The notes under the pieces are model-generated. The model saw only the letters and a program-made list of their open reading frames with translations, had not been told where the DNA came from and ran no database searches. Position numbers and translations under genes: made by a program. This document shows positions 14,984 through 29,510 of a stretch of 64,000 nucleotides of DNA, piece by piece; position 1 is the first letter of the stretch, and every line of letters starts with the position of its first letter. Source of the stretch: Paraspadella gotoi (Eukaryota; Animalia; Chaetognatha); assembly GCA_051294375.1 (NCBI GenBank), contig CM119265.1, positions 25,447,091 through 25,511,090 of the forward strand, read 5' to 3'.

Positions 14984-15425
14984 CGAGAGGAGAGAGAGAC
15001 GAGAGAAACAGCCAGGATAAAACGCTTCCGGAAGACCTGTCTTCTCCCTAATTGACTTCGAAAGAAAGGAGAGAAACAGTAAAAGAAAGGAAAAAAAGGA
15101 AAGAAAGGAAAGAAAGATGAGGTGTGACGTATGGAGTGAGAAATGAAATGGTTTTCAACCGGAAATGAGGAAGAGGAAGAAGGGGAGGAAGAGGAGGAGG
15201 GAGAGGGATGAAGAAGGAAGGAAAGGTAGTGGAGAGGGTAGTGAAGAAATGAAATCTAAACCGCAGATGGCTGAGGAAAGTTTAAAAAGAGCGAGAAAGC
15301 CCGCAATGTGATCATTGCTTCGCTGCTTAAATTCAACGGACGGCTTTTACGATTTCGATGCGTGAAGATCGTCTTCATTGTTCATATAGATCCATCTGTC
15401 CGTCTTTGGGACTTTTATTCGTTCA
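13630..15425 (+). repeat. ~1.8-kb direct duplication, copy 1 (copy 2 at ~25665-27384)
   Basis: Colinear match through the AT-rich, CCCTAA-like, (GA)n and purine-rich blocks. Copy 1 ends exactly at a 25-N gap. Confidence 0.85.
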
Positions 15426-17120
15426 NNNNNNNNNNNNNNNNNNNNNNNNNAGAGAGAGAGAGAGAGAGAAGACACAGGATAAACCGCTCCCGGGAAGAAC
15501 CTGTCCCTTTCCCTATTGACTCCGAAAGAAAGGAGAGAAAAAGTAAAAGAAAGGGAAAAAAATGCTCTCAGTTTTTGGGAGCGGCGATGTCCGATGAGGA
15601 CGATGCATTTGAAGAGGGTGTTGATGGACGACGCGTGAAGAGCACGCTCGAGTTATTTGTTGGACTTTTTTTTTGGTTTGTCCTGTGCTGAGGTCGACGG
15701 GTAAGACTGGACTTGAGTCGATCTGGACTGGTATGCTTCTATCTGAGTGGACGTCTCACTATGGTAAACTCCTATAGTAACTGTGTTTGGGATGTAGTTA
15801 AGGGGAGGGGTGGGCGTGTGGAAAGAAGTTGAGAAAAAAAAAATACGCGAAATTTTAATTAATTGTTGAGTTTTGTCCGTAACTTGCTTTTCCGGTCTCT
15901 CTCTCTAAAATCCCTTTTTCTCTCTCTCCTCTTTCTGCAAGACATCTTGTTCGGGATTCGCGCTCCGGTCATCTTTAGCTTCTTAGATTGGCAATGATCC
16001 TTACCTTGGACCACCGACAAGAGGAATAGGACCGATGAGATCGTAAGGGTCAAGTTGTCCGGGCGATGATAAAAGTGGATCAGGAGAGAGCTCGTCTCAA
16101 CTTCTTTTCTACTTCTATACTCGTCACAATCCTCACCTTTTTCCCTTCTACCTTTTTATTTCTCTCTTAAGATTAGAGTTGCAATATTTTACTTTTCGGA
16201 CTATCCTTATTTGTTTTTATTTTTTATTTATTTATTTATGAATTTTGATTCATTTGGTTGGAAAAAATTACCTTATTTTTTTGGTTTTATATATTATATT
16301 ATTGTATTTTCGTTTAATATATGGTTTTTGGCAAATTTGGAGTTCGGTCATGAAAAAATACCTATATTTCTTTATGCTGAATATTTAATTGTTATAGTTT
16401 TATTTATGGATTTTTTAACGTAGTCCACTTAAATGAAATTAGAATTTTTATAATATTGATTTATATTTTTCTTTTATCAACTTTTGATGAGGAGGATCAA
16501 TTATTCTGTAATTCAAAAATTAAATTAAGGCCTATTTTTGAAATTTTTTCTGATTTATATAATAGTTACTTTATTTTTATAAAATATAGGCTTTACTTGC
16601 AAAAATAAAGAACATTAATTTATATTTTTAAAGTTTTTTACAAATTAATGTTCCACTGATGGTATGTTGTTTCATAATTGCGAGACATTTAGAATTTTCG
16701 TAATTTAACTTTCACTTCCGCCGATTCCTTCTATTCTTACATGCTATATTTTGAAAATTGTTTTATAAATTTATGAAGGGGCTGAAACTAAATAATTCCA
16801 CCTATACCTTAATTAATCACAATATTTATTTATTCTATTTAAAGTTTTTTGTTTTTTTTATTTATTTAATTTTGCTTTTTTCGTCTTCTACAATCCTTTT
16901 CTTCTCTCCTTCCCTTCCTCTTCTCTCCCTAACTCTGAAGTTGCATGAAAGAGGGTAATGGATGACGAGACCGAGAGAAACTTTTGAAGGCGAGCTGGTA
17001 TGATGGCGTCTGTTGGGAAGGTTGAAGGTGATGGAGTTCGGGGCCGTTCGTTTCGCCGTATATGTGAGTGTGTACGCTATGGAAATGGGTCCTTGCTCTA
17101 ATATCACTTCCAAAATACTT

Positions 17121-17341
17121 ACGTTATTATTATTATTATTATTATTTAATTATTATTATTTTAATATTTATTTATATTATATTATTAATTATTATATTAT
17201 TATTATTATCACTAATAATTATTTTATTATTATTATTAATTATGTATTATTATTATTATTATTATTTTATTTATTTTATTAATTATTTATTTATGCACTA
17301 ATATTATTATTATTATATTATTTTATTATTATTATTTATCT

Positions 17342-17373
<32 letters not shown>

Positions 17374-17415
17374 ATTATTATTATTTATTATTATTATTAT
17401 ATTGATTGTTATTAT
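17121..17415. repeat. Degenerate (ATT)n microsatellite
   Basis: Visible trinucleotide run. Confidence 0.9.
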
Positions 17416-19189
17416 ATCCATCATCAATTCATTATAGAATTATTTACATTCTCGATTCTCATTAATATTTTTTTATTTTCTTCGCCTCCATTACTTTTTG
17501 TCATTTCTCTGACGTCTATATCTATCTGGCTTAATTGAGCCGAGTTCACAATGACCCGTGGCAGCTGTTGTGTTGCGACTTTGTTTCTTTTAGCTTTTAG
17601 TTTTCTTCGTCATTAGTCTCGTCTTCTCTCTCTTTCGTCTCTCTCTCTCTCTCTCTGTTTCTTTTTTTTCTTTTTTATCTTTCTCCCTTTTTCGTTTTCT
17701 TCGCTCCTCTTCTCTCTCTGCTCATCTCTCTCGTCTCTCTATAACTGAATCTGGCTCTAACAATAACGCACATTAGACTAACCCGTAAAAGGCGAAAGGC
17801 GTATATAAATAAGTCAAAGAGGGAAGTACAACGATATTGTCATGAGGGCGCCGTTTGTATTGTGCTCTTGACGTATTCTCTGGGGATGAACGCATCTTGT
17901 TGGCGTCAATGGAATCACAGAGGCAAAATGTTCCTATGAAAGTGTCTTCTTCGTAAAACTTATCACACAACAGTGTTACTTTCCCTACGCCACGGGGAGG
18001 CATATGTCGCTGAATAGCTCCAAAATCACCGCCCAAGTTGCTAGAACTCGGAAATCCGCCATTGCTAACATGTAATCACATTGGCTGGTGATGCAGCCCA
18101 CAAACCAACTGTCTCGCATCAATTGTATCCTTGTAGGGCTTTAAAAGTTAAGCAAGCAGCTAATGACCGCTCAAAAACCGGATAGCATTCCTCATTAAGA
18201 TTGGAAAGGATGGTGGTAAATTCCGACTGCTTACAGTTTGCCAGGGCGCGTTTCTATTTGGCTCGCAAATATTTATCTATATATAGTTGTTTTATTTAAG
18301 CCCTTAATATTTGTCTCCTCTAAGTAAAGTATGTCACCTTTGTGCATCCGATCAAAGGCCCAATTTGACACTTACCCTGGGCCTGAGCCTTGTACTTCGA
18401 TTATTCTCTCAAACGTTTTCAGCGATTGGCCACTCCTTGCAGACAGCCACAATTCTGTGCCATTGCCTGAAGGGCGGGAAGGTCGTTCGACGGGGCAGTG
18501 GAGTCGCGGACGACGGCATGTTGGAAGATGAATTTGACTTTAGTCCCGACGAGTGAATTGAGGACGTGGGCCGAAAGAAGCGAATGATCGCCACGACGAA
18601 CGGATGCTTCGGAATGGGAGAGCATCGGAGGACTGAAGGCTGGCAGTGATGAATCATGATCATGACGTCACGGTTGTGAGGTAGTAGAGAACGCGTCGTT
18701 GAATGATAGGCTGGAAGGTTTTGGGGGGGGCGCTATAGTTTGCCTATTTGTGTAAATGAAACGACGTGACATTGACCTTTTGAATTGTAAGTCGACATCT
18801 CTCTCTCTTCTCTCTTCTCTCTCTCCCTTAAACAATTTTTAAAAAACCTTGACGCAGTAGATTTTTTTTTTTTTATGTTGTCGCGTTTTTACTTTCTTTG
18901 ACCTTTTTTTTCATGAGCCATAAACTAAAATAACATCGAACAACTTTAATTGTATTTCTTTCAATTTTGAGAGGTAAAGAATTAAAACCTTTTTTTCCTT
19001 TATCGTGTTTATTTTGATTCTCTCACTCTACTATCTCTCTCTTCTCATGCCTTTTATTCTCTCCTCTCTTCATTACATTTTCTAGTATTTGGTACTCTTC
19101 TCGTCTTCCTTCTCTCTTTCTCATCTGCTTATCTACTCTCCTCCTTAGTATTGATTAATATCTCTCCTTCTCTCATCATCTTCTCTCAT

Positions 19190-19236
<47 letters not shown>

Positions 19237-21039
19237 CAGAAGTAGTATTGCCATGCGAAATCATATATTTTTACTGATGGAGAATATATCATTCATAAAC
19301 TAAAAAAATTGTAATCGATCCACCCAAAAAGTTTCATATGTAATTTAATATAAGCGGTGTGCATTGCTCTCCAGTGCAAAACCCGGATGTTAAGAGCGAA
19401 AATTAAACCACGAGGCCCTGCCTTGGCGGCAGAAGCCGATTGTATGAGCGGCGCAGATCCGATCTCCACTCGAAAGAATGTAGGACAGGTTGAGTGAAGT
19501 TGATGCTTGGACGCGTTGGCGAATCGTTGAAAGGGTTGAGTCTCTCGATTTCGACGGAGAGTTGCAAAGGCCTCGCCGTAGCCTCAACGAATTTGCCGAT
19601 TGTTCGTCATTGCTTTTGCTTCAATTTCTCGGTTTTCACTCGGAATTTTGTATTGGCGCCAAGAATCGTTCACCTAAAGTTAATATAAATATATACTTGT
19701 CTGTTGGGGCGACGGGCGGTGGAGGAGAAGTTCACCGATTCGGGCGGCTCGACAGCGACAGGGGTTGCGGTTCGCCAGGAGGGTCGGTGAATCCGGGCGC
19801 ACTGCCCAGTAAGCCAACAGTGAGATGGCCCCCCATCCAAAATGGCATCAAGAGCAACCCGTGATTTAACTTTTAAATAGTTACGTGAGGTCGAGACTTG
19901 TTTAATATTTCATGAAATTCGAATTGTGATACCACACTTACCTGTGACTGGTTGAGTACCAAACGAAAGAATAAAGCGGTGGAGTTCTTCTACACTATTT
20001 AATTCCCCTTATTACTTGTATATGGATTATTGGTTTTGTGAGTTTAGTCTTATAGAATGCTCACTCGCCATTAACCCGCTGAGGTGTTGATCGATGGGGG
20101 AAAATTAGTATATTTACAAAGTTTTACAAATTCTATATCTTATTTGTGGATGAACTTGTTTTATTTATTAATTTAAAAAAGTAACTACGTTAAGAGACCT
20201 TCAAGATGCGTCTCATCAAGGCAAGACGCTTGAAGTGCATATCCTCAATTCCTCCGAGTTGACATGCAATTCTTGCTCTGACTTTGCGTTCGTGCATGCA
20301 CTGTGCTTGGATCGGTCTGGTCAGTCGGTCGGCAGCGTGGGCCGGAGGCCGGAGGTGTCTTGATCTGGTATTCCGAAATGTCTAAATGTTTGTCGGTATC
20401 TGCCCTTTTCTCTCATCGAGTGGCGTTTCAGATGTTTCGGTTGTCAGGTTTTGCATAAGATTCGGGAAGAAGCGATTTCTCTTTCTCCTGAGTGACTACC
20501 ATACTCTACCTATCATTCTCGGGCTTTCATTTCTCTCTCTATTCGTTCTTGATCTATTCTCTTCATCTTCTACTCTATTCTTCTTTCATTCTTCTTCGGT
20601 TTTGTTCTCAGGGGTCTTTCATCTCTCTGTCTCTTCGTCTTCATCTCTACTGTTATCTCGCCTTCTTCTTTCATCTTTTATTTATTCGCTCTATTAGCTC
20701 TATTTTCCCAATGCAGAGACAACGTAGTCGATATATGTATAATAAAGAAAGAAAAAATAGGGATTCGAAAATATGACGGGTGGCGATGACGGAACTCCTA
20801 TGAAAAAAGTCTGACTATTGTCCCCCTACGGAGTTCAATTCGTGGGAATGTTTAGATGGCCTGTTGTATATTGTTTTATTGGGTGACTTTGTATATATTT
20901 TATGATTGAGTAGATTAATAGAATTAAGTTTTTATTAACGTAATAAAAAAGAGTCCGAATGGCGTTCGGATTCGTTAAGTGATCTTGCGGGTTGAGTTGA
21001 ATTACTGTGACTGACCAAAAAAACCGGTTTTCTAAGTTT

Positions 21040-21072
<33 letters not shown>

Positions 21073-23031
21073 CGAGAGAAAAGAAGAGAGAGAGATTAGC
21101 TATAGAGAGGAGGGTAGAGAGAGAGGAGAGATGTATGAGTAGAGGATGTCTGAGTATAGATGAGAGTATGATGGAAGAGAATTTCAGACGAGGGAAGACG
21201 CGGAGTAAACAGGAATTCGATATTATATCAGCTTTGTTCCGTCTGACGGTGGTTCCCAAATTATTCTTTTTTTTTCCAATTTTGGAGTTTTGTCTGGCGA
21301 AGATAACTTTTTTTCAAATACGCCTCTCGAGCGGTATATGAGTCGTCTTAGGTAGGAGAAGGTAAATAAATAATTAAACCTTGATCTATGTTTCTGATGC
21401 TGGACTTTATCGTTTTATTGGTAAAGTTGGTTCTTTTTTCTCTCTACTATATTTTTTTATGAAACTATGTTTATAATCCTCGATATCCCTTAGAAAGGAG
21501 ACGACGCCTATCTTAATCCTAATTAATAGGGTTGAGTTATTAAGAGGAGGAGGAGGAGGGGGGGAGGATAGCTATGCTACACGGATCTCACAGAGCAACG
21601 AAGGTCCAAGGCGAGGCAGAAGGGGATAATAGGGGGACGAGGAGAGGAAAGGGAGTTGTAGACCTGGTGAGAGCGAGTGTGCAAGGAGAGAGCCAGACTC
21701 TGGGGAGCAATCGCAGCGTTCGTGCATGTCAGAGAAATGAGAGTCAGAAGTTGAGTGGGGAGACACTGAAGGGGGAAAGAGAGATGGGGAAGAGGAGGAT
21801 CAATAGAGACTGAGACTCTCATGTAAATGATTATTTGAGTAATGGAAAAAAATTTCAAAAACCTTCACGGTTGGTAGAAATTAGGCTTGCCTGTAGTGAA
21901 TATAGGCGATCTGGACGACAAGTAAATTACAATCGGTTGAGATGTAGGTGTAAAAGTCCGTGTTCTGGTTGGTTTCCGGGCAATGGTGATAGCAATCAAC
22001 TGGTGAGGGGGACTGAAAAGTAAGAGAGGAAGGATAAGGCGCGTGAGCGAGAATTCGTGCGAGAGAATCTGTCAGAACGTCTGAGAAGAGTTGCCAAGGT
22101 GATTTAAGGTAATCATCTTTCTAGTGAAGCGGGCGCCGATCGAGCATTATAGTATTTGGACTTGTTACTAAATAACTTGAGTAAGGGGAAAAAAAAAAAT
22201 ATCAAGAACGGAAAATTCAAATGTGTGTGGGTGCCGCCGCAGTAGACTGGTTATAGTCGCGTCTTTTTAAATTCTTTATGATGGGTCAATAGATTTACGG
22301 AAGGCTGGCGCGAGCCAGTCACTTAGATTTTGAGTTTTTTTTTTTTTCTGTTTTTATACAAGAGCAATTACGGCGTACGAGATAGACGAGTTATGACATT
22401 GGTGGTAAGAGCAAGAAGTGTGTTTGCAAGAGGACGTTGCGTGGCAGGCGCGGAGAGTACTGAGCGCGGGGGGGCCGAAGTGACGTGGAGGCGATCACTG
22501 GGGAGGGTGGGGAGGAAGGCCCCGACGAAGAGGCCAAACAGTGAGATGCTCGCTTAACTCAATGGGCATGAGCACAGGCAACGGCGGGCCGGTATGCCAT
22601 AAGAGTCAGGAGTCATGAGAATTGAAACCAAAAGATGAAGACTGTTAAACGTAAACGCGTAAAGAGGCGGGGGAATTACGCAATCAAAAACATTGAGAGT
22701 ATTCAGAAACAAATAAAAACAACTGAGCAAGCAAAACAAAATGAGCAAAAATTCTATATGACTAAGGGACAAGGGGACAAGGGACAAGCAAACTCACGCT
22801 GGACGGTGAATATAAACTCAGCCATTATTTCGAATTTGGGGCAATTCGGAGGATATTTCGATCTTTGTTCCAGGTGTAACTTACACGAAACATCAATTGA
22901 TTTCACTGGAGGAAAACATTTTGGGTAAAATTTGTTCACAATCTCTCACTCACTGTCAAACGTTATCTCGTTATCGGGAATCTGTCTCTCTCGTCATCCT
23001 CATCTACTCTCTCTGCTTCTCTCTCTTCTCT

Positions 23032-23064
<33 letters not shown>

Positions 23065-23195
23065 GCTCTCTCTCCTAATCAAACTGAAAAAGTTTTTCCC
23101 TCCAAAAAAGAACGCCGTGATGAAAATCTATCGTCAACATCTGAAGGATGGATGTGGCTCCTAAAATGAGCGAGAGAGAGAGAGAGAGAGAGAGA

Positions 23196-23247
<52 letters not shown>

Positions 23248-24124
23248 CTGAAGTTTTTCTTGATTTCCGTAAAAAAAAATGTTGTAGATGTGTAAATTTT
23301 AAGAAATTGGGATAAAGAACGTGTCCGGGTCGGAGAGATTCAGTTGTTGAGGTCTCGAATAGATCATTTGCTAAAGCGGTGTGTATTGAATCGCGAATGA
23401 TTGCAGTCGGATGTGTGTTTGAGGTAGTTTCACTATAAAACCCGGCGGTTTTGAAATATAATAAAATTCCTCAAATCCTTCTTGTTTAACTCTTTTTTAA
23501 TTATAAGCCCAGACAATTGTTTAATTTGAATAATTCCCAAACGATGTATCCGGGTCCCTTTTTTTTCCTCTTTTTTTTAATTTTTAAAAATCCAGTATAT
23601 TAATAATGATTATAAAAATTAAACAAAACTTGGAAAACCCGTATATTTCCAATTTTAAAGTATTAAAAAATAAAAAAGTACAAGTGGTTAGATCATAAGG
23701 ACGAACTGGCGCGAGTAAGTTGGGTAAAAGGCTTTTTCGGCTCGGTGCGAAAGCGAAGATTTTTTTTCTACTCTTCGCGGAAAGTGGGAAAAAAAAAAGG
23801 TAAGAAATGAAATGACCTTTTTGAATTCGATAAAAAAAAAAAAGTTTTCTTTTTTTTCTTTTTGCAATCACGGAAGCTCCTTCTGTTTGCACGTTCCCAA
23901 TTCGGCGGATGCAGTGTCTGCGTTCGTCCACGCGATTGAACAAGTGGCGCTGATTCTTCTCGACAAGAACAACGAATCGATCCGACGGAAGTGAGAATTA
24001 AGTAGAGGAATGAAGTGCCGATACCAATAAGATGAGAACAGAACTACGGTTACAAGAAAGGATTGTTCATCGATTTATTGTGATTGGTTATTTTTTTTAT
24101 TTCTTTGGGGGGTCGGGTATGTGT

Positions 24125-24211
<87 letters not shown>

Positions 24212-25664
24212 ATCAAACACTGTCTCTTCTTTACCCGCACTCTACAAGAGGACGAATACCTTATGTTGAGGAGCTTTAGTTTTCCAGAGGAATAGTTTTA
24301 TCTCACTCTCGAGATCTTTGATACTTCAGCTCAGATGATGATAATGAGATAAAGTCGAAGTGGAAGGTGAAAGCAAATCCCTACGATTTATGCCTTTTCT
24401 TTGTGATCCTCTCTCTCATCTGTCTCGGTTGTTTGGGTCTCTCTCTCTCTCCTCCTCTCTCTCTCTCTCTCTCCTCTCATCTCCATCTCTCTCTCTTGTC
24501 ATTCTCTGCAAGTAATCTTTCTCTATACTTTCTGTATTGGGTCTCATTCATATTCGTCTCGTCTTTCATTCTCCTCTCTTTCTCGTCTATTTTTTTTTTT
24601 CCTTTTTTATTGTGGGTATGGCTTTCTCTCTCACTGCTCTCAATTCTGTTGAGCTTGCTCCCAGTATTTATTCCTCTTTCAAAACGGTAATTCATATCTT
24701 TCTCGAACAGGAATATATAACAGTGGCAAAGTAAAATTTCGGAAATTTCAGCCGCCTTCTTATTTCAAATTGAAATGCCAAAATAGCGTTTTCTCTTCCT
24801 TTTTCAGAAATGGAGGGCAAGGTGTGAAGGTTAGCGTCCAGGGTTTCACTCACTGATACGTTTTTCTTTCTAAATTTTTGATCTATTGGTTCACATACAT
24901 GTCCTTGTGGTGATATTTTTATTTTAAGAGGGGTTTGGGATTTTTTAAGCTCTTAGCGATGTTCTTTTCGAAATATCCTTACCTTGGGTCTTGTGACTTA
25001 ACCAGAAAAGTGCTATTTGGTAATTTGTAGTAATTAAAATAGTTAATAATAATGACCAACCGTTTTGGGTCTGGACGATGACGTACGACGACGACGAACA
25101 AAAACTACTATTACGAGACATCTCCCCTCGAACACAACAAATTCAACTTAAAAAAAAAAAATGTCATCTCCAAAAATAACAAGAAAACGGCAGACCGACA
25201 GATGGCAGATGGGTGATTCTCATGGAAGATTTATTCGTCACATATTCGTGTGAATAGCACTTGGTGTGGCGACGGAAAGAGAAGAGACGCCAAAACTCGA
25301 GTCGAGGCCACGGAAAAAAAGTTTTTAACGTGAAAGAAGAGGAAATAAAGAGAATTGGAAATTATCCTTCCTTTTTTTTTTTTGGCTTCATGAAATCGTA
25401 TGAAATGTGAGCCCTTCTTCTTTCCGTTTTTTTGTTGTTGAAGGGCAGAGAAAAAGGCGTGACTATGACCCTGAATTTTGTGAGTGATTTTTGTTGAAGG
25501 GGGGTTTATTAGGTTGTGGGGTCGGGAGTATAGTGGTTGTGGTGGTTGAGGGGGTGAGGGGTAGGTTAAATGGGGGTTTGTGACTTGTCAGAGGTAGATC
25601 TCTTGCGATGTCGTAAGGTTTATTTTTTAGTTCTGTGGGGTGATAGTATTTTAGGTTTTTGAGT

Positions 25665-26829
25665 TTATAAGAGTTTTGTTTATTTAATGAATATTGATAT
25701 TCGTAGTTACGTTTTTTCACGTTAGTTTATTGTTTTTTAAATTTGTTGTGTATTATGCTATTGTTATATTTATAATAGATATTTCATTAAAGAAAGGATA
25801 TGACAAAAAAAAGGAGCAGAATAGAGAGAAGAAAATATGAGATTAAAAAGATGTGAAGAGTAAAGAATCGGACAATGACTGTTGCAGAGAAGTAAATCGG
25901 GGATCCGTTTGATGGAAGCTTGAGAAATTTTTTTTTCTTTCGATCTGGGAGATAAGGGGATGGAGGTAAAGCTTGTAATAACTGTGAAGTTTTTTTTTTT
26001 TAAAACGAGATTGAACCGAGTTTGCCTTGGTAGAAATGAGAAAAGAGGAGAGATGAAGATGGGTACTAATTTTGAAAGTGTTTTTTGTTACTGATCGGAA
26101 CTTAATTTCAATCTTAAAAGTCTAAATCTTAAGCTATTTTTAAAACGCATAATAAATCTTACATCATATATAACCTATATATAATATTAATATATCTACT
26201 TTTAATCCTACCTTAATCTAATTTTATTTTTAATCCTTATTCTATTTATTCCTTAAATCCGTAACCTTTTTTTATAAACCCTAATGCTAAAACCTTATTT
26301 ACTTAACTAATCTTATCCTCATCCTTAAAACTTGTGTTAGTCTAAAAAAACAAATTTAATTTTGAAATTTAAAATTGAAATAACGGCGCATTCGGGAAAA
26401 AGAAGTCGAAATAAAAAGTCAAAAGTAAGCTAAGTGTTTGTAGCGGAAGAATATGAGATGGGAAATTGTTAAGAGATGATAAATGAAGATGGAATGGGAT
26501 AGAAATGTAAATGAAAAAAATAACAAACCGTAAAAAATTAAAAGTAAAAGAATATTAATGTATAAAGATTAGATTTTTTCGAGAGGACTAATTTCACGCG
26601 AGCGATTCTCAACATTTTTTTTCAATATTTATGTTGTCATTCTTTTTTCTTTTTTTTTTTTCATTCATTGTTAAATATTCTCTCCTGCTCTCCGTTAATC
26701 TACGTAGGCCGATTGGAACAACAACGGACAACAAACGAAGACACGACAACAATAAGAGTTATCGACCCTCCACGTTTCGTGTGCGCGACCTGGACAGGAT
26801 GGATCGGCGAAGAAAACGATGTCATAATG

Positions 26830-26902
<73 letters not shown>

Positions 26903-27384
26903 GAGGGAGAGAGAGAGAGGAGAGAACAGCCAGGATAAAACCGCTCCCGGGAGACCTGTCCTCTCTTCCTAAAATTGACTCGAAAGAAAAGGAGAGAAAG
27001 TAAAGAAAGGAAAAAGGAAAGAAAGGAAAGAAAGATGAGGGTTGTTGACGTATGGAGTGAGAAATGAAATGGGTTTTCAACCGGCAATGAGGAAGAGGGA
27101 AGAAGGGGGGAAGAGGAGGAGGAGAGGAGATTNNNNNNNNNNNNNNNNNNNNNNNNNAAGATTAGAAGAAGGAAAGGAAAGGTAAGTGGGAAGAGGGTGA
27201 GTGAAGAAATGAAAATCTAAACCAGATGGCTGAGGAAAGTTTAAGAAAGAGCGAGAAGCCCCAATGTGATCATTGCTTCCGGCTGCTTAATTCACGGGAC
27301 GAACTTTAAAGGATTCCATGCGTGAATACGTCTTCATTAGTCATAAGATCCGTCTGTCCGTCCTTTGGACTCTTTATTCGTTCA
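25665..27384 (+). repeat. ~1.7-kb direct duplication, copy 2 (noisy, C-depleted copy of 13630-15425)
   Basis: Same sequence as copy 1 with many single-base deletions, mostly of C, in 25665-26250. Confidence 0.85.
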
Positions 27385-28314
27385 CTCCTCAAAAAAAAAA
27401 CTGTATCAAAATAACGTTGTGTATTTTAATTTGTTATTGTTTAAATTCGGCAGTGTCTTTTATTAAGGTCTTGCTAAAATATTTATATCAAAGAGACGAT
27501 GATGACTACGATGATTTACCAAGGATAAAATGACCAAACGAGAAGAAGAGAAAAAGCGGCGAAGGGCAAAGATATCTAATCTATATTCAGCCGAAGATGA
27601 AGAGAAGAGAAAAAAAGGTGATTTTTGATGGGGATGTAGTTAATGATGGAGAACCGCGGTGGAAGTCAGGAGGAAAAAGAAAATTCGATGAGAAGAACCG
27701 GTCGACCCTTTTAATCCAGCCTATTATCGACCTGGGTATTAAGGTGGTCTAACGAACCTAACGAAATCGACACTTTTCGTGTGTGTGTTTTCTTAAATGA
27801 TTAGTAGGTCGTCTCAGAAGGAAATTAAATTTTAGCTATAAAAATTTTTTTACATAATTTTAAGTAAAAGATGCTTGCAGCTAATTTTGTGATCTAAAAA
27901 GATTCATAAGATATGGTTTCATAATTAATAGGGCGTTTTTAAAATATTGAGACATAAATTGGAAAGTGACTTTGCTAATTCTTATTCTTATCTCGTGAGA
28001 GAAAAAAAAACTCCTAAAATCTTGTTTCCGCAGTGGATCGACTCACCGTCCGATTCCACAATGGCCTCTCGAATTCAGAGTCTGCTCCGCGAACCCCGAA
28101 CAATGGAATGAGAATTCTATGGAGTCCAGATGTGGATGACGGTTACAGATGACGTCTCTACCCAGTAACAGATGTTGTCGAAAGATTCGGAGCATAAAGA
28201 AAAAAACCCTTCGATGTTTCCCTTGTTTCTTTATTTCTTTGTTTCTCTCTCTCTCTCTCTATAGAGAGGAGATAAAGCACTTAAAAACGAAAAAAGACGA
28301 GAGAGAACGAGAAG

Positions 28315-28353
<39 letters not shown>

Positions 28354-29302
28354 CAGAGAGAGAGAGAGAGGACAGGCGAGAGGAAGAGAGGAGAAATCGA
28401 GGTTTCTTTCCATTGAAGATCGACTCTCATGGTAGCTTNNNNNNNNNNNNNNNNNNNNNNNNNNNNNNNNNNNNNNNNNNNNNNNNNNNNNNNNNNNNNN
28501 NNNNNNNNNNNNNNNNNNNNNNNNNNNNNNNNNNNNNNNNNNNNNNNNNNNNNNNNNNNNNNNNNNNNNNNNNNNNNNNNNNNNNNNNNNNNNNNNNNNN
28601 NNNNNNNNNNNNNNNNNNNNNNNNNNNNNNNNNNNNNNNNNNNNNNNNNNNNNNNNNNNNNNNNNNNNNNNNNNNNNNNNNNNNNNNNNNNNNNNNNNNN
28701 NNNNNNNNNNNNNNNNNNNNNNNNNNNNNNNNNNNNNNNNNNNNNNNNNNNNNNNNNNNNNNNNNNNNNNNNNNNNNNNNNNNNNNNNNNNNNNNNNNNN
28801 NNNNNNNNNNNNNNNNNNNNNNNNNNNNNNNNNNNNNNNNNNNNNNNNNNNNNNNNNNNNNNNNNNNNNNNNNNNNNNNNNNNNNNNNNNNNNNNNNNNN
28901 NNCTGCGGCCTTGGCAATCTAGATGGCCTCGGGGGCATTGTATACGGCATCGTCGGCATTGAATACGGCATCGGCGGTATTAGGATCAAACCGTTGGGCC
29001 AACACCAATCAATACGAGAGACAATTGCGATTCTCTCTTCAGCTCGCCATGTCGCGGCAGAAGCCTATTTGCTCTGTGGCTCTTTGGGGTAAACATAAAA
29101 AAAGTCGCCTGTTCAATATGAAAGGCGATTGGTTGACAAATTATTGGTTGTTTACTCGAATTTACGCAGTCACGTGACCAACAATGAATAAACTACCAAC
29201 AGAAACCGTCTTTTGGAGTATCAACAATAATTATATTTTTATAAATTTTTTTTATATAAATTGTCAGCAGGAAATTTGTCTATTCTGCTAAATAATGTAT
29301 AA

Positions 29303-29510
29303 TGTAATGGATAAGGCTGTAAGTGGGTTAAAGACGAGTTTCAGCAATTTCTTTATCCCCATCTAGCAGCCATAGATCAGGGTCCTGGCTAAGAATAGAA
29401 CCCGGTACCTAGTGGTCATGAGTTGATGACGGCTTCACTTAATGAGCCACCGAGTCACACCCGTGAGGTTCATATTTGTATGCGGGGCGAACCTGAGCAA
29501 CGCCCGTACG
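29303..29510 (-). mobile_element. Diverged, shorter copy of the tRNA-containing TG...CA element
   Basis: Shares TGGATAAGG, CTAGCAGCCAT, GAACCCGGTACCTAGTGGTCATGAG, AATGAGCCACCG and GCGGGG.GAACCT blocks with 35294-35562. Lacks ~70 bp of internal sequence including the second hairpin arm. Confidence 0.7.

Noticed and set aside
17773-18260. Non-LTR retrotransposon endonuclease fragment (GGDF...HDNIVV)
   Set aside because: Only loose motif resemblance, with no canonical GDFN or SDH motif and no RT nearby.
28045-28190. Rab-like exon (SESFDNICYWV) on the minus strand
   Set aside because: Too short, frameshifted, and no G-box motifs found in neighbouring sequence.
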